Assembly (NCBI GenBank): GCA_964553045.1
Contig: CAZKJG010000003.1
Location: 81,829 to 145,828 of the forward strand
Length of the DNA stretch: 64,000 bases
From: an uncultured bacterium
GTDB taxonomy: Bacteria > Fermentibacterota > Fermentibacteria > Fermentibacterales > JCC-6
Direction: 5' to 3'
Under the pieces are notes generated by a model, which was not told where the DNA came from, did no database searches, and saw only the letters and a list, made by a program, of their open reading frames with translations. The position numbers and the translations under genes are program-made. Each line of letters starts with the position of its first letter. Position 1 is the stretch's first letter. Shown here piece after piece: positions 9,656-17,688 of the stretch.

Positions 9656-11200
9656 TCAGGGCCGGTGAAGGACTACTATGGAAATGTCAATTCTGCCGTC
9701 GGTGAGGACCGTATCCGCACCGGGCACGTTCGAACCCTCATACACTATACACCCAACGCCCAGCCGGTCTAGCAGCGATCGTGACTCGGCCGAGGGCCAG
9801 CCGTTCAGAACGGCCGCCGTTTCCCGGTAGCCACGGGGAAGGGATGTACTGTAACCGTTGACCATGGGCGTGAAGTGCAGCCTCGAGCCGTACAGCCGCG
9901 AGCACTCCATCTCCGGCCTGACCAGATCGGGCACCATGGGCAGGAACACCACGGACGCCGGGCGGTTCTCCGCCAGCCAGCGGTGGTGGATGTCCGGGGG
10001 AGGATTGTACATGGGAATGGGCGGATGCAGAATCTCCGCCAGGCACAGCAATCCGCCCAGGAAGGCCAGCCGGGGCCTCTTCGAGAGGGCCGTCGCCGAC
10101 AGCAGGAGAAGCGGCAGCAGGGCGAAGATTCCCGCCCTGGCCGGAAGCCGGATGAAGGTCATGCCCGGTATCAGCGCGGCCAGACGGAAGGGGCCGGGAG
10201 CCAGCTGACTGCCTGCCGCCACCAGCGTGGGTCCCAGCGAGAAGGCGCCGAAGATCAGGGCCAGGGCCGCCAGAAGCCACGGAGCCCGTATCCTCCGCCT
10301 GAGTCGCGGCGCCATGAGAGCCGCGGATGCGGCCACCACGACCACCGACCCCGGCCACAGGGCCACCGCTCCCTCCACAACGTCCGGCCTGGCCGCTCCC
10401 AGCAGGTAGCCGCTCTCCCATGGCGAGAGGTAGGAGAGGAGGTCGGCGGACGCTATGTGGTCCACGGGCCAGGATGCGGCGTTCTGCAGATGGCGACGCA
10501 GCAGGGGCAGCATTGCGACCCCGCCCAGAGCCGACAGCCCGGCCAGTGCCGCCGCCCGGCGCGTTTGGCGGCGGAACAGGGCCCATGCGGACACTATTAC
10601 CAGAGCCATCCCCGTAAACAGCCAGTGGTAGAGGCCGGCGCAGCCCTGCAGGACGAGCAGCACCGGCACCCACCAGCCGGACGCCCGGCGGTCCAGGAAC
10701 GACAGGGCCCTTTCCATGGCCAGGATCCCCAGCCCGGGCGAGACCAGCTGAAGGTGCCAGAGGTGGCTCTGGAAGTAGGGCAGGCATACGCAGGCGCATC
10801 CTGCGAACAGCCCGCCCCAGAAATCCGCCCCCACCCTGCGGGCCAGGCGCATCACGGCGAAACCGGTGAATGCGATGGACAGGACGAACAGCACGTTGTG
10901 AGCCCGGAGCGGCGACAGGCCCAGCCCGAGCAGGGGGGTTACGGTAACCGCCTGGGTCAGGAGCAGGTCTCCCCGGCCGTGGGCGTCTGGCTGGCCGAGG
11001 AAGACAGGGGGTGTGAGCGGATTCTGCAGGCCGGTCAGCGCATGGTGGTTCCAGGCCAGCAGCCAGGAGTTGTAGAGGGTGTCCGCATGGTCCCGGGCTC
11101 CGCCGCTTACGGCCATGGGCCAGGTTGCCGCGGAGGCCAGCAACAGCAGCACGACGGCGGCTGCCGCGTGACGCCGGACGACGCCCGCTTCGCCCGCCAT
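9656..11200 (-). CDS. Polytopic membrane protein, probable GT-C-fold (YfhO-like) glycosyltransferase
   Basis: About 10 TM helices; N-terminal loop DTLYNSWLLAWNHHAL; soluble C-terminal region with PMVNGYS. Start position uncertain. Confidence 0.55.
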   Translation of the reverse strand: MAGEAGVVRRHAAAAVVLLLLASAATWPMAVSGGARDHADTLYNSWLLAWNHHALTGLQNPLTPPVFLGQPDAHGRGDLLLTQAVTVTPLLGLGLSPLRAHNVLFVLSIAFTGFAVMRLARRVGADFWGGLFAGCACVCLPYFQSHLWHLQLVSPGLGILAMERALSFLDRRASGWWVPVLLVLQGCAGLYHWLFTGMALVIVSAWALFRRQTRRAAALAGLSALGGVAMLPLLRRHLQNAASWPVDHIASADLLSYLSPWESGYLLGAARPDVVEGAVALWPGSVVVVAASAALMAPRLRRRIRAPWLLAALALIFGAFSLGPTLVAAGSQLAPGPFRLAALIPGMTFIRLPARAGIFALLPLLLLSATALSKRPRLAFLGGLLCLAEILHPPIPMYNPPPDIHHRWLAENRPASVVFLPMVPDLVRPEMECSRLYGSRLHFTPMVNGYSTSLPRGYRETAAVLNGWPSAESRSLLDRLGVGCIVYEGSNVPGADTVLTDGRIDISIVVLHRP

Positions 11201-11207
11201 CGTCAGG

Positions 11208-12650
11208 TCAGTAGGCCCTGGCCACTATGGCCTGCCGGTGGGTCTCGCGGCCGGTTATGAAGCACCTGCCGCTTTCCTCTGGCTGCTCCAGCGGGATGCA
11301 GCGCACGGTGGCCTTTGTCTCCTCCTTCATCCGCTGCTCCTCGGCCTCCCCACCGTCCCACCACACGCGGTAGAATCCGGGCCTCTCCGGCAGTTGCTCC
11401 ACGAGCTGGTCGTAGGTCTCTATATCGTAGGTCCTGGATCTCCGGTACTCCGTCGCGTCGGCCAGCATCGCGCCCTGGATGGCCTCCAGCCTCTCGACGA
11501 CCCGGCCGGCCAGGCCCTCCATGGGAATGGTGAACTTGCCCTCGCGGCCGGGACGGTTGCGGGGGCTGGCCATGACATGGCCCTCCTCCAGGTCCCGCGG
11601 CCCCAGCTCCAGCCTGAGGGGCACACCCCGGACCTCCCAGTGGTTGAACTTGAATCCCGGGCTCGAACCCTCGGTATCGTCCAGCTTCACCCTGACGCCG
11701 GCGTCGGAGAGCCTGTTCCGTATCTCCGAGGCCTTCTCGAGCACCCTGGTCCGGTCGTCGTCGCTGCGGAATATGGGGACGATTACCGTCTGCAAGGGCG
11801 CCAGGTTCGGGGGCAGCCTGAGGCCGTGCTCGTCGCCGTGGGCCATGATCAGGGCGCCCACCATACGGGTGGATACGCCCCAGCTGGTCTGATGGACGTA
11901 CTTCTGTTCATTGTCGCTGTCGAGGAACTTGGTATCGAAGGCCCTGGCGAAGTTGGTGCCCAGGTAGTGGCTCGTTCCGCTCTGCAGCGCCCAGCCATTG
12001 CGCATCATCGCCTCTATGGCGTAGGTGTCCACCGCACCGGCGAACTTCTCGCTTTCGGTCTTCAGGCCGGTCACGACCGGTATTGCCCCATCCTCCCGGG
12101 CGAAGTCCTCGTACACCTGCAGCATCCGCATGGTCTCCTCACGTGCCTCCTCCTCGGTGGCATGGGCCGTGTGGCCCTCCTGCCAGAGGAACTCGGTGGT
12201 TCGGAGGAAGGGCCTGGTCCTCATCTCCCACCGGACCACGTTGGCCCACTGGTTCAGCAACATGGGCAGGTCGCGGTAGCTGTTGATCCACTTGGAGAAC
12301 ATGTGGTTGATTATGGTCTCCGATGTGGGCCTCACCGCCAGCGGCTCCTCCAGCTCCTTGCCGCCACCGTGGGTAACCATGGCCAGCTCCGGCGCGAAGC
12401 CCTCCACGTGCTCGGACTCCCGGTTGATGAAGCTCTCGGGGATGAAGAGCGGGAAGTAGGCGTTGCTGTGGCCGGTATCCTTGAACCTGCGGTCCAGGGA
12501 GGCCTTCATGTTCTCCCAGATGGCGTATCCGTAGGGCCGAATGATCATGCAGCCCCTGACCGGGGCGGTATCGGCCAGCTCCGCCTCTCTGATGACGTCC
12601 AGGTACCACCTTGAGAAATCCGTGCCGGGGGATGTTATCTTCTTGGCCAT
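11208..12650 (-). CDS. proS: Proline--tRNA ligase, archaeal/eukaryotic-like type
   Basis: Start MAKKITS at 12650; motifs VRGCMIIRPYG, RPTSET, RWEMRTRPFLRTTEFLWQEGHT, QSGTSHYLG, C-terminal IVARAY. Confidence 0.97.
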   Translation of the reverse strand: MAKKITSPGTDFSRWYLDVIREAELADTAPVRGCMIIRPYGYAIWENMKASLDRRFKDTGHSNAYFPLFIPESFINRESEHVEGFAPELAMVTHGGGKELEEPLAVRPTSETIINHMFSKWINSYRDLPMLLNQWANVVRWEMRTRPFLRTTEFLWQEGHTAHATEEEAREETMRMLQVYEDFAREDGAIPVVTGLKTESEKFAGAVDTYAIEAMMRNGWALQSGTSHYLGTNFARAFDTKFLDSDNEQKYVHQTSWGVSTRMVGALIMAHGDEHGLRLPPNLAPLQTVIVPIFRSDDDRTRVLEKASEIRNRLSDAGVRVKLDDTEGSSPGFKFNHWEVRGVPLRLELGPRDLEEGHVMASPRNRPGREGKFTIPMEGLAGRVVERLEAIQGAMLADATEYRRSRTYDIETYDQLVEQLPERPGFYRVWWDGGEAEEQRMKEETKATVRCIPLEQPEESGRCFITGRETHRQAIVARAY

Positions 12651-12726
12651 GTCAGCCCTTCCTTGAGATGTTGCAGGGGCGCGCCGGCCCGGCCGGGGCA
12701 GCGGCGCTTCCGAGGTAACAGCCGCA

Positions 12727-12755
12727 ATACTAACGGAATCGCACCCGGCGCTCAA
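12727..12755 (-). promoter_or_regulatory. Putative sigma70-type promoter for proS
   Basis: Minus strand TTGAGC-N17-TAGTAT. Confidence 0.55.
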
Positions 12756-12762
12756 GGGGCCT

Positions 12763-12791
12763 TTGACGCAGCCGCCCCTCCTGAATAGGGT
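12763..12791 (+). promoter_or_regulatory. Putative sigma70-type promoter for the downstream ncRNA
   Basis: TTGACG (12763-12768)-N17-TAGGGT (12786-12791), ending 8 nt before the structured element. Confidence 0.6.
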
Positions 12792-12799
12792 ATTGGCAC

Positions 12800-12963
12800 G
12801 GGGGCCACGCACCTGGGGATGGAGTAAAAAACCGATGAAGGCTTTGCCCGGGTGCTGAGCTTACGCCGAGACCCTGCGAAAGCAGGTAGCGGATGCGAAA
12901 CGTACCCGGCCCTGTAAGTCCTTTAGCCCTTGTAAGCGAGACATTCGCCAAGGGGTGGCCCCC
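12800..12963 (+). ncRNA. ssrS: Probable 6S RNA (long hairpin with central bubble)
   Basis: Closing stem GGGGGCCAC/GTGGCCCCC, then CC/GG, TGG/CCA and GGATG/CATTC. A-rich bubble 12822-12839 faces 12921-12941. Inner stem GGCTTTGC/GTAAGTC and CCGGGT/ACCCGG; apical CCTGC-GAAA-GCAGG. Length 164 nt. Family inferred from shape, not from an Rfam hit. Confidence 0.6.
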
Positions 12964-13015
12964 ACTCCTTTGACAGCCGGCGACACCTGGCCCAAGGCGA
13001 TGCGGGGCTGCATCT

Positions 13016-13933
13016 GTGAGAGATCTGCTGCGAAACCCCGGTAGCCTCTTTGTGCCGGTTACCGACAGAAGCTACCGGATAATCATCTGGGTTACCGGAG
13101 GCTACAGCCTGCTGGTCTCCGTTATCCCCCTGCTGAGACTGGTTCCCCGCCCCCCCCTGCAGCTCGGCATCTGGATTGCCTGCTATCTGCTCTACCGCCT
13201 GAGGCCGATACCGGAGAGCGTGCGCAGGTGGGTCTTCTACGTTTTCCTCTTCGTTACCTATCCGGCCCTGCGGAACGTGGTCACCAGCTACCACGCCAGC
13301 TTCCACTGCGCCGACGTGATAGCAGCGGAGCGCTGGATATTCGGCTTCCTCCCCACCTACCGGCTGCAGCTGCTGCTCAACCCGGGGGGCACGCTGAAGT
13401 GGTTCGACTACGTGTTCGCCGCCTTCCACGCCACCATCTTCTGGCTTCCCGTAGTGTTTCCCGCTATTCTGCTGGCGGCCCGGGGGCCTGAGAGGATGAA
13501 GCGGGCCACGGTGGGCCTGACCATCATATCCCTGGCCGGCTACCTGACCTACGTCCTCTACCCGGTTACCCCGCCCTGGATGGCCAGCCTGGAGGGGCAG
13601 GCTCCCCGCATGTCCAGGGTGGTGTTCAGGGCCCTGGGCAGGATGGTGCCCGGCAGCGTGGCCGACGCCTTCCAGCCCAGCCCCAGGGGCGCCATGCCAT
13701 CCCTCCATGCCGGGGTGCCCCTGCTGATCGTCATGATGGCCATCAGGGAGTACGGCCGGAGGGCGGCCTGGGTTTTCCTGCCGGCTGCAGTGATTATCTT
13801 CGAGATCGTCTACGGAGCCGAGCACTACGTCGTGGATGTGATGGCCGGCGCTCTGTACGCCGTGATCACCTACCTGGTGGTCTACCGGGTTCTGCTGCCC
13901 CGGGTGAGCGAGGGCGCAGAGAGCCCCGGCTGA
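13016..13933 (+). CDS. PAP2-superfamily membrane protein, inositol phosphorylceramide synthase (Aur1/Ipt1)-like
   Basis: YPVTPPWM, AMPSLHAG and EHYVVDV motifs with multiple TM helices. Confidence 0.75.
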   Translation: MRDLLRNPGSLFVPVTDRSYRIIIWVTGGYSLLVSVIPLLRLVPRPPLQLGIWIACYLLYRLRPIPESVRRWVFYVFLFVTYPALRNVVTSYHASFHCADVIAAERWIFGFLPTYRLQLLLNPGGTLKWFDYVFAAFHATIFWLPVVFPAILLAARGPERMKRATVGLTIISLAGYLTYVLYPVTPPWMASLEGQAPRMSRVVFRALGRMVPGSVADAFQPSPRGAMPSLHAGVPLLIVMMAIREYGRRAAWVFLPAAVIIFEIVYGAEHYVVDVMAGALYAVITYLVVYRVLLPRVSEGAESPG

Positions 13934-13949
13934 CGCGGGAGGGGGAGCA

Positions 13950-14762
13950 ATGGCATCGGTGACCGTCAGGACGCTGGCCGCGAAGAAGCGGGCGGGAGAG
14001 CCCATCGTGGCCCTCACGGCCTACGACTTCACCACCGCCATGCTGGAGCAGAAGGCCGGGGTGGACCTGATCCTGGTGGGCGACTCCATGAACATGGCCG
14101 TTCTCGGCGAGGAGACCACCCTCACCGCAGACCTGGAGGTGATGCTGGCCCACACCAGGGCCGTCTCCCGGGGGGCCCCCCGGACCCTGGTGGTGGGCGA
14201 CATGCCCTTCGGATCCTACGAGGAGTCTGATGCCCATGCGGTAGCCAGCGCCGTCCGCTTTCTGGCTGAGGGAGGGGCCCACGCCGTGAAGCTGGAGGGC
14301 GGCAACCGCATGGCCCGCAGCAGGGCGAGGGCCATCGTGGAGGCCGGCATTCCGGTGATGGGCCATCTGGGCCTGCTGCCCCAGTCCCTGCGGCTGACCG
14401 GCGGGTACCGAGTGGTGCGGGCCGACGGCCTGCAGCGGCTCAAGACCGAGGCCGCCGCCCTGGAGGACGCCGGTGTCTTCTCCATCGTCCTGGAGAGCGT
14501 CCAGGAGGACGTGGCCGCGGAGGTCACCGCGGGCTGCACCGTACCCACCATAGGGATCGGCGCCGGACGCGGAGTGGACGGGCAGATCCTGGTGGTCAAC
14601 GACATGCTCGGGCTCACGCCGGGCTTCAGCCCGAAGTTCCTGAAGCGGTACGCGGACCTGGCGCCCGTGATAGAGGAAGCGGTAAGGAGGTACGCCGGGG
14701 AGGTGCGCGAAGGCGGCTTTCCCGAAGACGAGCACGTATACGGAGCCAAGGAGGAAAATTGA
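13950..14762 (+). CDS. panB: 3-methyl-2-oxobutanoate hydroxymethyltransferase
   Basis: TAYD, LVGDS, DMPFGSY, VKLEGG, MGHLGLLPQS, PTIGIGAG motifs. Confidence 0.97.
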   Translation: MASVTVRTLAAKKRAGEPIVALTAYDFTTAMLEQKAGVDLILVGDSMNMAVLGEETTLTADLEVMLAHTRAVSRGAPRTLVVGDMPFGSYEESDAHAVASAVRFLAEGGAHAVKLEGGNRMARSRARAIVEAGIPVMGHLGLLPQSLRLTGGYRVVRADGLQRLKTEAAALEDAGVFSIVLESVQEDVAAEVTAGCTVPTIGIGAGRGVDGQILVVNDMLGLTPGFSPKFLKRYADLAPVIEEAVRRYAGEVREGGFPEDEHVYGAKEEN

Positions 14763-16003
14763 GGATACTGGTTCTGGGTAGCGGAGGTCGGGAGCACGCC
14801 ATCACCTGGGGTCTGGACCAAAGCGGCGACCATCTTCTCTGGGCCGCCCCCGGGAATCCGGGAATAGGCGAGCTGGCGCAGCTGGAGGAGGTCGTTCCCG
14901 CCGATCCCGATACCGTGGTGCGGCTGGCCGACGAGATAGACGCCGACCTGGTGGTGGTGGGCCCCGAGGCCCCTCTGGTGGCCGGGGTGGCCGACAGCCT
15001 GCGGGCCGCCGGAATACCCTGCTTCGGCCCCGGCAGCGACGGTGCGGCCCTGGAGGGGTCGAAATGGTTCGCCAAGGAGGTGATGTCCGAGGCCGGCGTG
15101 CCCTGCGCTGAGGGCAGGGTGTTCGAGAGCGCCGGCGACGCCATGGCCTGGATGGGCGACAGCGCATCCGAGTTCGTGATAAAGGCGGACGGCCTGGCCG
15201 CCGGAAAGGGCGTCTTCCTTCCGGATGACGCCGGTGAGGCCAGGGAGACTCTCAGGAACCTCTTCGAGGGCGAGCTCGGTGAAGCAGGCCGCAGGGTGGT
15301 GGTGGAGCGGCGGCTGCATGGCCGGGAGGCCAGCGTGCTGGCGGTCTGCAGCGGCACCCGGGCGGTGGTGTTCCCCCCCAGCCGCGACCACAAGCGTGCC
15401 GGCGAGGGTGACACCGGGCCCAACACCGGCGGAATGGGGGCGGTGAGCCCTCCCCCCGAGATGGACGACGGCTTCGCCGAGAAGGTCCGGCAGCGGATCA
15501 TCCTGCCCGTGCTGGAGGTGCTGGCAAGCCGGGGAATAGACTTCAGGGGCGTGCTTTACGCCGGCCTCATGGTCACCGACGAGGGCCCCTTCGTGCTGGA
15601 GTTCAACGTCCGGTTCGGCGACCCGGAGACCCAGGTGGTCCTGCCCCGGGTGGACTGCGATCTGGGCCAGCTGCTGCTGGCGGCCGCCAGGGGCGGAAAC
15701 CTGCCGAAGAGGCTGGACCTCCGGCCGGAGACCGCCGCCTGCGTGATCATGGCCTCCGGCGGTTACCCCGGGCCCTACGGGAAGGGCTACGAGATACACG
15801 GCCTGGACGATGCGGGGGACGTCATGGTGTTCCAGGCCGGCACCGCCAGGAGGAACGGCGCCGTGGTCACCGCGGGAGGCCGGGTGCTGGGGGTAACGGC
15901 CCTGGCGCCGGACTACGGGGAGGCTCTCAACCGCGCCTACCGCGCGGTGGGGAGGATCAGCTTCCAGAACGTGTACTACAGACGAGACATCGGGAGGTCC
16001 TAA
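14759..16003 (+). CDS. purD: Phosphoribosylamine--glycine ligase
   Basis: [47 protein letters not shown]; TTG start overlapping the panB stop. Confidence 0.97.
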   Translation: MRILVLGSGGREHAITWGLDQSGDHLLWAAPGNPGIGELAQLEEVVPADPDTVVRLADEIDADLVVVGPEAPLVAGVADSLRAAGIPCFGPGSDGAALEGSKWFAKEVMSEAGVPCAEGRVFESAGDAMAWMGDSASEFVIKADGLAAGKGVFLPDDAGEARETLRNLFEGELGEAGRRVVVERRLHGREASVLAVCSGTRAVVFPPSRDHKRAGEGDTGPNTGGMGAVSPPPEMDDGFAEKVRQRIILPVLEVLASRGIDFRGVLYAGLMVTDEGPFVLEFNVRFGDPETQVVLPRVDCDLGQLLLAAARGGNLPKRLDLRPETAACVIMASGGYPGPYGKGYEIHGLDDAGDVMVFQAGTARRNGAVVTAGGRVLGVTALAPDYGEALNRAYRAVGRISFQNVYYRRDIGRS

Positions 16004-16458
16004 TGTCTGACAGGCCGGTAGTGGGAGTGCTGATGGGCAGCGAGAGCGACCGCGAGACCATGGAGAAGGGCACTGCGGTGCTGGACGAGCTGGGCATTCC
16101 CTACGAGCTCAGCGTGATGTCGGCCCACCGCACCCCGGGAAAGGTGGCAGAGTACGCTTCCGGCGCCGCCGGACGGGGCATACGGGTGCTGGTGGCCGGC
16201 GCTGGGCTGGCGGCGCACCTGGCGGGAGCGGTGGCCGCGCACTCCAGCCTTCCCGTGATCGGCGTTCCCCTGGAGGCCGGCGGGCTGGGCGGCCTGGACG
16301 CCCTCCTCTCCACGGTCCAGATGCCCAAGGGAGTGCCGGTTGCCACCGTGGCCATAGGCTCGCACGGCGCCAGGAACGCAGCCTGGCTGGCGGCCAGGAT
16401 ACTGGCCCTGGGAGGCGACGGCCTGGCCGGGAGGCTGCGGGAGAGGCTGGAAGGCTGA
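16003..16458 (+). CDS. purE: N5-carboxyaminoimidazole ribonucleotide mutase
   Basis: [38 protein letters not shown]. Confidence 0.97.
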   Translation: MSDRPVVGVLMGSESDRETMEKGTAVLDELGIPYELSVMSAHRTPGKVAEYASGAAGRGIRVLVAGAGLAAHLAGAVAAHSSLPVIGVPLEAGGLGGLDALLSTVQMPKGVPVATVAIGSHGARNAAWLAARILALGGDGLAGRLRERLEG

Positions 16459-17075
16459 TAGAAGACCGCCTGCGCATCAGCCTGCAAGAACCGGAGCGGG
16501 GGACCCTGGACAGGGTCTCCCGCGTTCTCGACGGGGGGGGCACGGTCCTCTACCCGTCGGACACCGTATACGGCCTGCTCTGCGACGCATCCAGCCCCAG
16601 TGCGCTGGCTCGCATGGCCCGCCTCAAGGGTTACACCAAACGAAGGCCCTTCATCGTCCTGGTGGACGGCATGGACTCCGCCAGGGACCTGGCCCGATTC
16701 TCCACCAGAGCCCTGGGTCTGGCGGCGGCCTTCTGGCCCGGTCCGCTGACCCTGGTGCTGCCCGCCGGCGAGAAGGCGCCCTCCCACGTACTCAGCGAGT
16801 CCGGTGAGATCGCCGTCCGCCGGCCCGCCGACCCCCTCTCCCGGGGGCTGCTTGCCGGGCTGGGGCGTCCGCTGGCCAGCACCAGCGCCAACCCCGCCGG
16901 CGCCCCCCATCCGCACATTCTGTCGGATGTGGAGGAAGATATCGCCGCAGGGTGCGTCCTGGTGCTGGACGGAGGTGAGCTGCCGAGCCGGCCCCCGTCA
17001 ACCGTGGTCAGGGTCCGGGATGGAGAGGTGGAGCTGCTGCGGGAAGGGGCCGTCCCCCTCGGCAGGCTGAGCTAA
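16455..17075 (+). CDS. tsaC: L-threonylcarbamoyladenylate synthase (YrdC/Sua5 family), probable CTG start
   Basis: The conserved N-terminal YPSDTVYGL lies upstream of the first in-frame ATG (16614). Also WPGPLTLV and STSAN motifs. CTG at 16455 overlaps the purE TGA. Confidence 0.85.
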   Translation: MIEDRLRISLQEPERGTLDRVSRVLDGGGTVLYPSDTVYGLLCDASSPSALARMARLKGYTKRRPFIVLVDGMDSARDLARFSTRALGLAAAFWPGPLTLVLPAGEKAPSHVLSESGEIAVRRPADPLSRGLLAGLGRPLASTSANPAGAPHPHILSDVEEDIAAGCVLVLDGGELPSRPPSTVVRVRDGEVELLREGAVPLGRLS

Positions 17076-17540
17076 AGGCCTGCAGGACCGGTCTGAGCAC
17101 CCGTCTCGCCGGGCTCGATGTCGGAGATGGCGCCGGCGTAGAAGCGGCCGGCCACGAATACGTCCTGGTGCCGCGCCCGAAAGGCTCCGCCGGTGCTAGT
17201 CCCAGCTCTCGCCGAAGTCGAGGGTGGTATCCATGTAGCCCTTGTCGAAGGCGTTGGCGCGGCCGGTGATGATGATGTCCGGCTGGGTGGTTCCCGCGTC
17301 TATGGAGTATACCTCGCGACCCATCATGCCGTTCTCCTCCACCACGGTCCACTGGCTCGATGCCAGGTCCCAGCTGTGGAAGCCCTCGTAGGTGCCCACC
17401 AGCATCCTGCCCCCGTTCCCGTCCCAGGTGATGCAGTTGCTCACCGTGGACTCCATGGCCAGGTCCTCCCACTGCACGTCCTCGCCGGAGAAGGCCATGG
17501 CGGCAGAGACTGCCAGGGCTGTCAGAAGAAGTGCTCTCAT
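17072..17540 (-). pseudogene. Truncated secreted beta-propeller (BNR/Asp-box) gene remnant
   Basis: Signal peptide MRALLLTALAVSAAMA (ATG 17540), one Asp-box TLDFGESW, TAG at 17196-17198. A short coding-like continuation in another frame (TSTGGAF...) runs to 17072. Confidence 0.45.
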
Positions 17541-17688
17541 CGTCCGTAGCTCCTTTCGGTTATTTAGCAAATCGAGCAACCCGCTCGAAAGCGGAACTGG
17601 ATTAAAATATATTTGAACCAATGTCAAATTTTTTGCATGAATGCACGGATGCCGGCATAATGAGGTTAACTACCCTGTGGCAGAGGGC

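Noticed and set aside
12800-12963. SRP (4.5S) RNA or c-di-GMP-I riboswitch as the identity of the structured RNA
   Set aside because: The ends resemble 4.5S RNA, but the domain IV CAGG...GGAA...AGCAG motif is absent. AGGTAGCGG recalls GEMM, but the rest of that consensus is missing.
17196-17198. Pyrrolysine or selenocysteine recoding at premature stops (TAG 17196-17198; TAA 25194-25196)
   Set aside because: TAA is not recoded; the same frame after the TAG does not look coding; no pyl or sel genes or SECIS-like element were seen.
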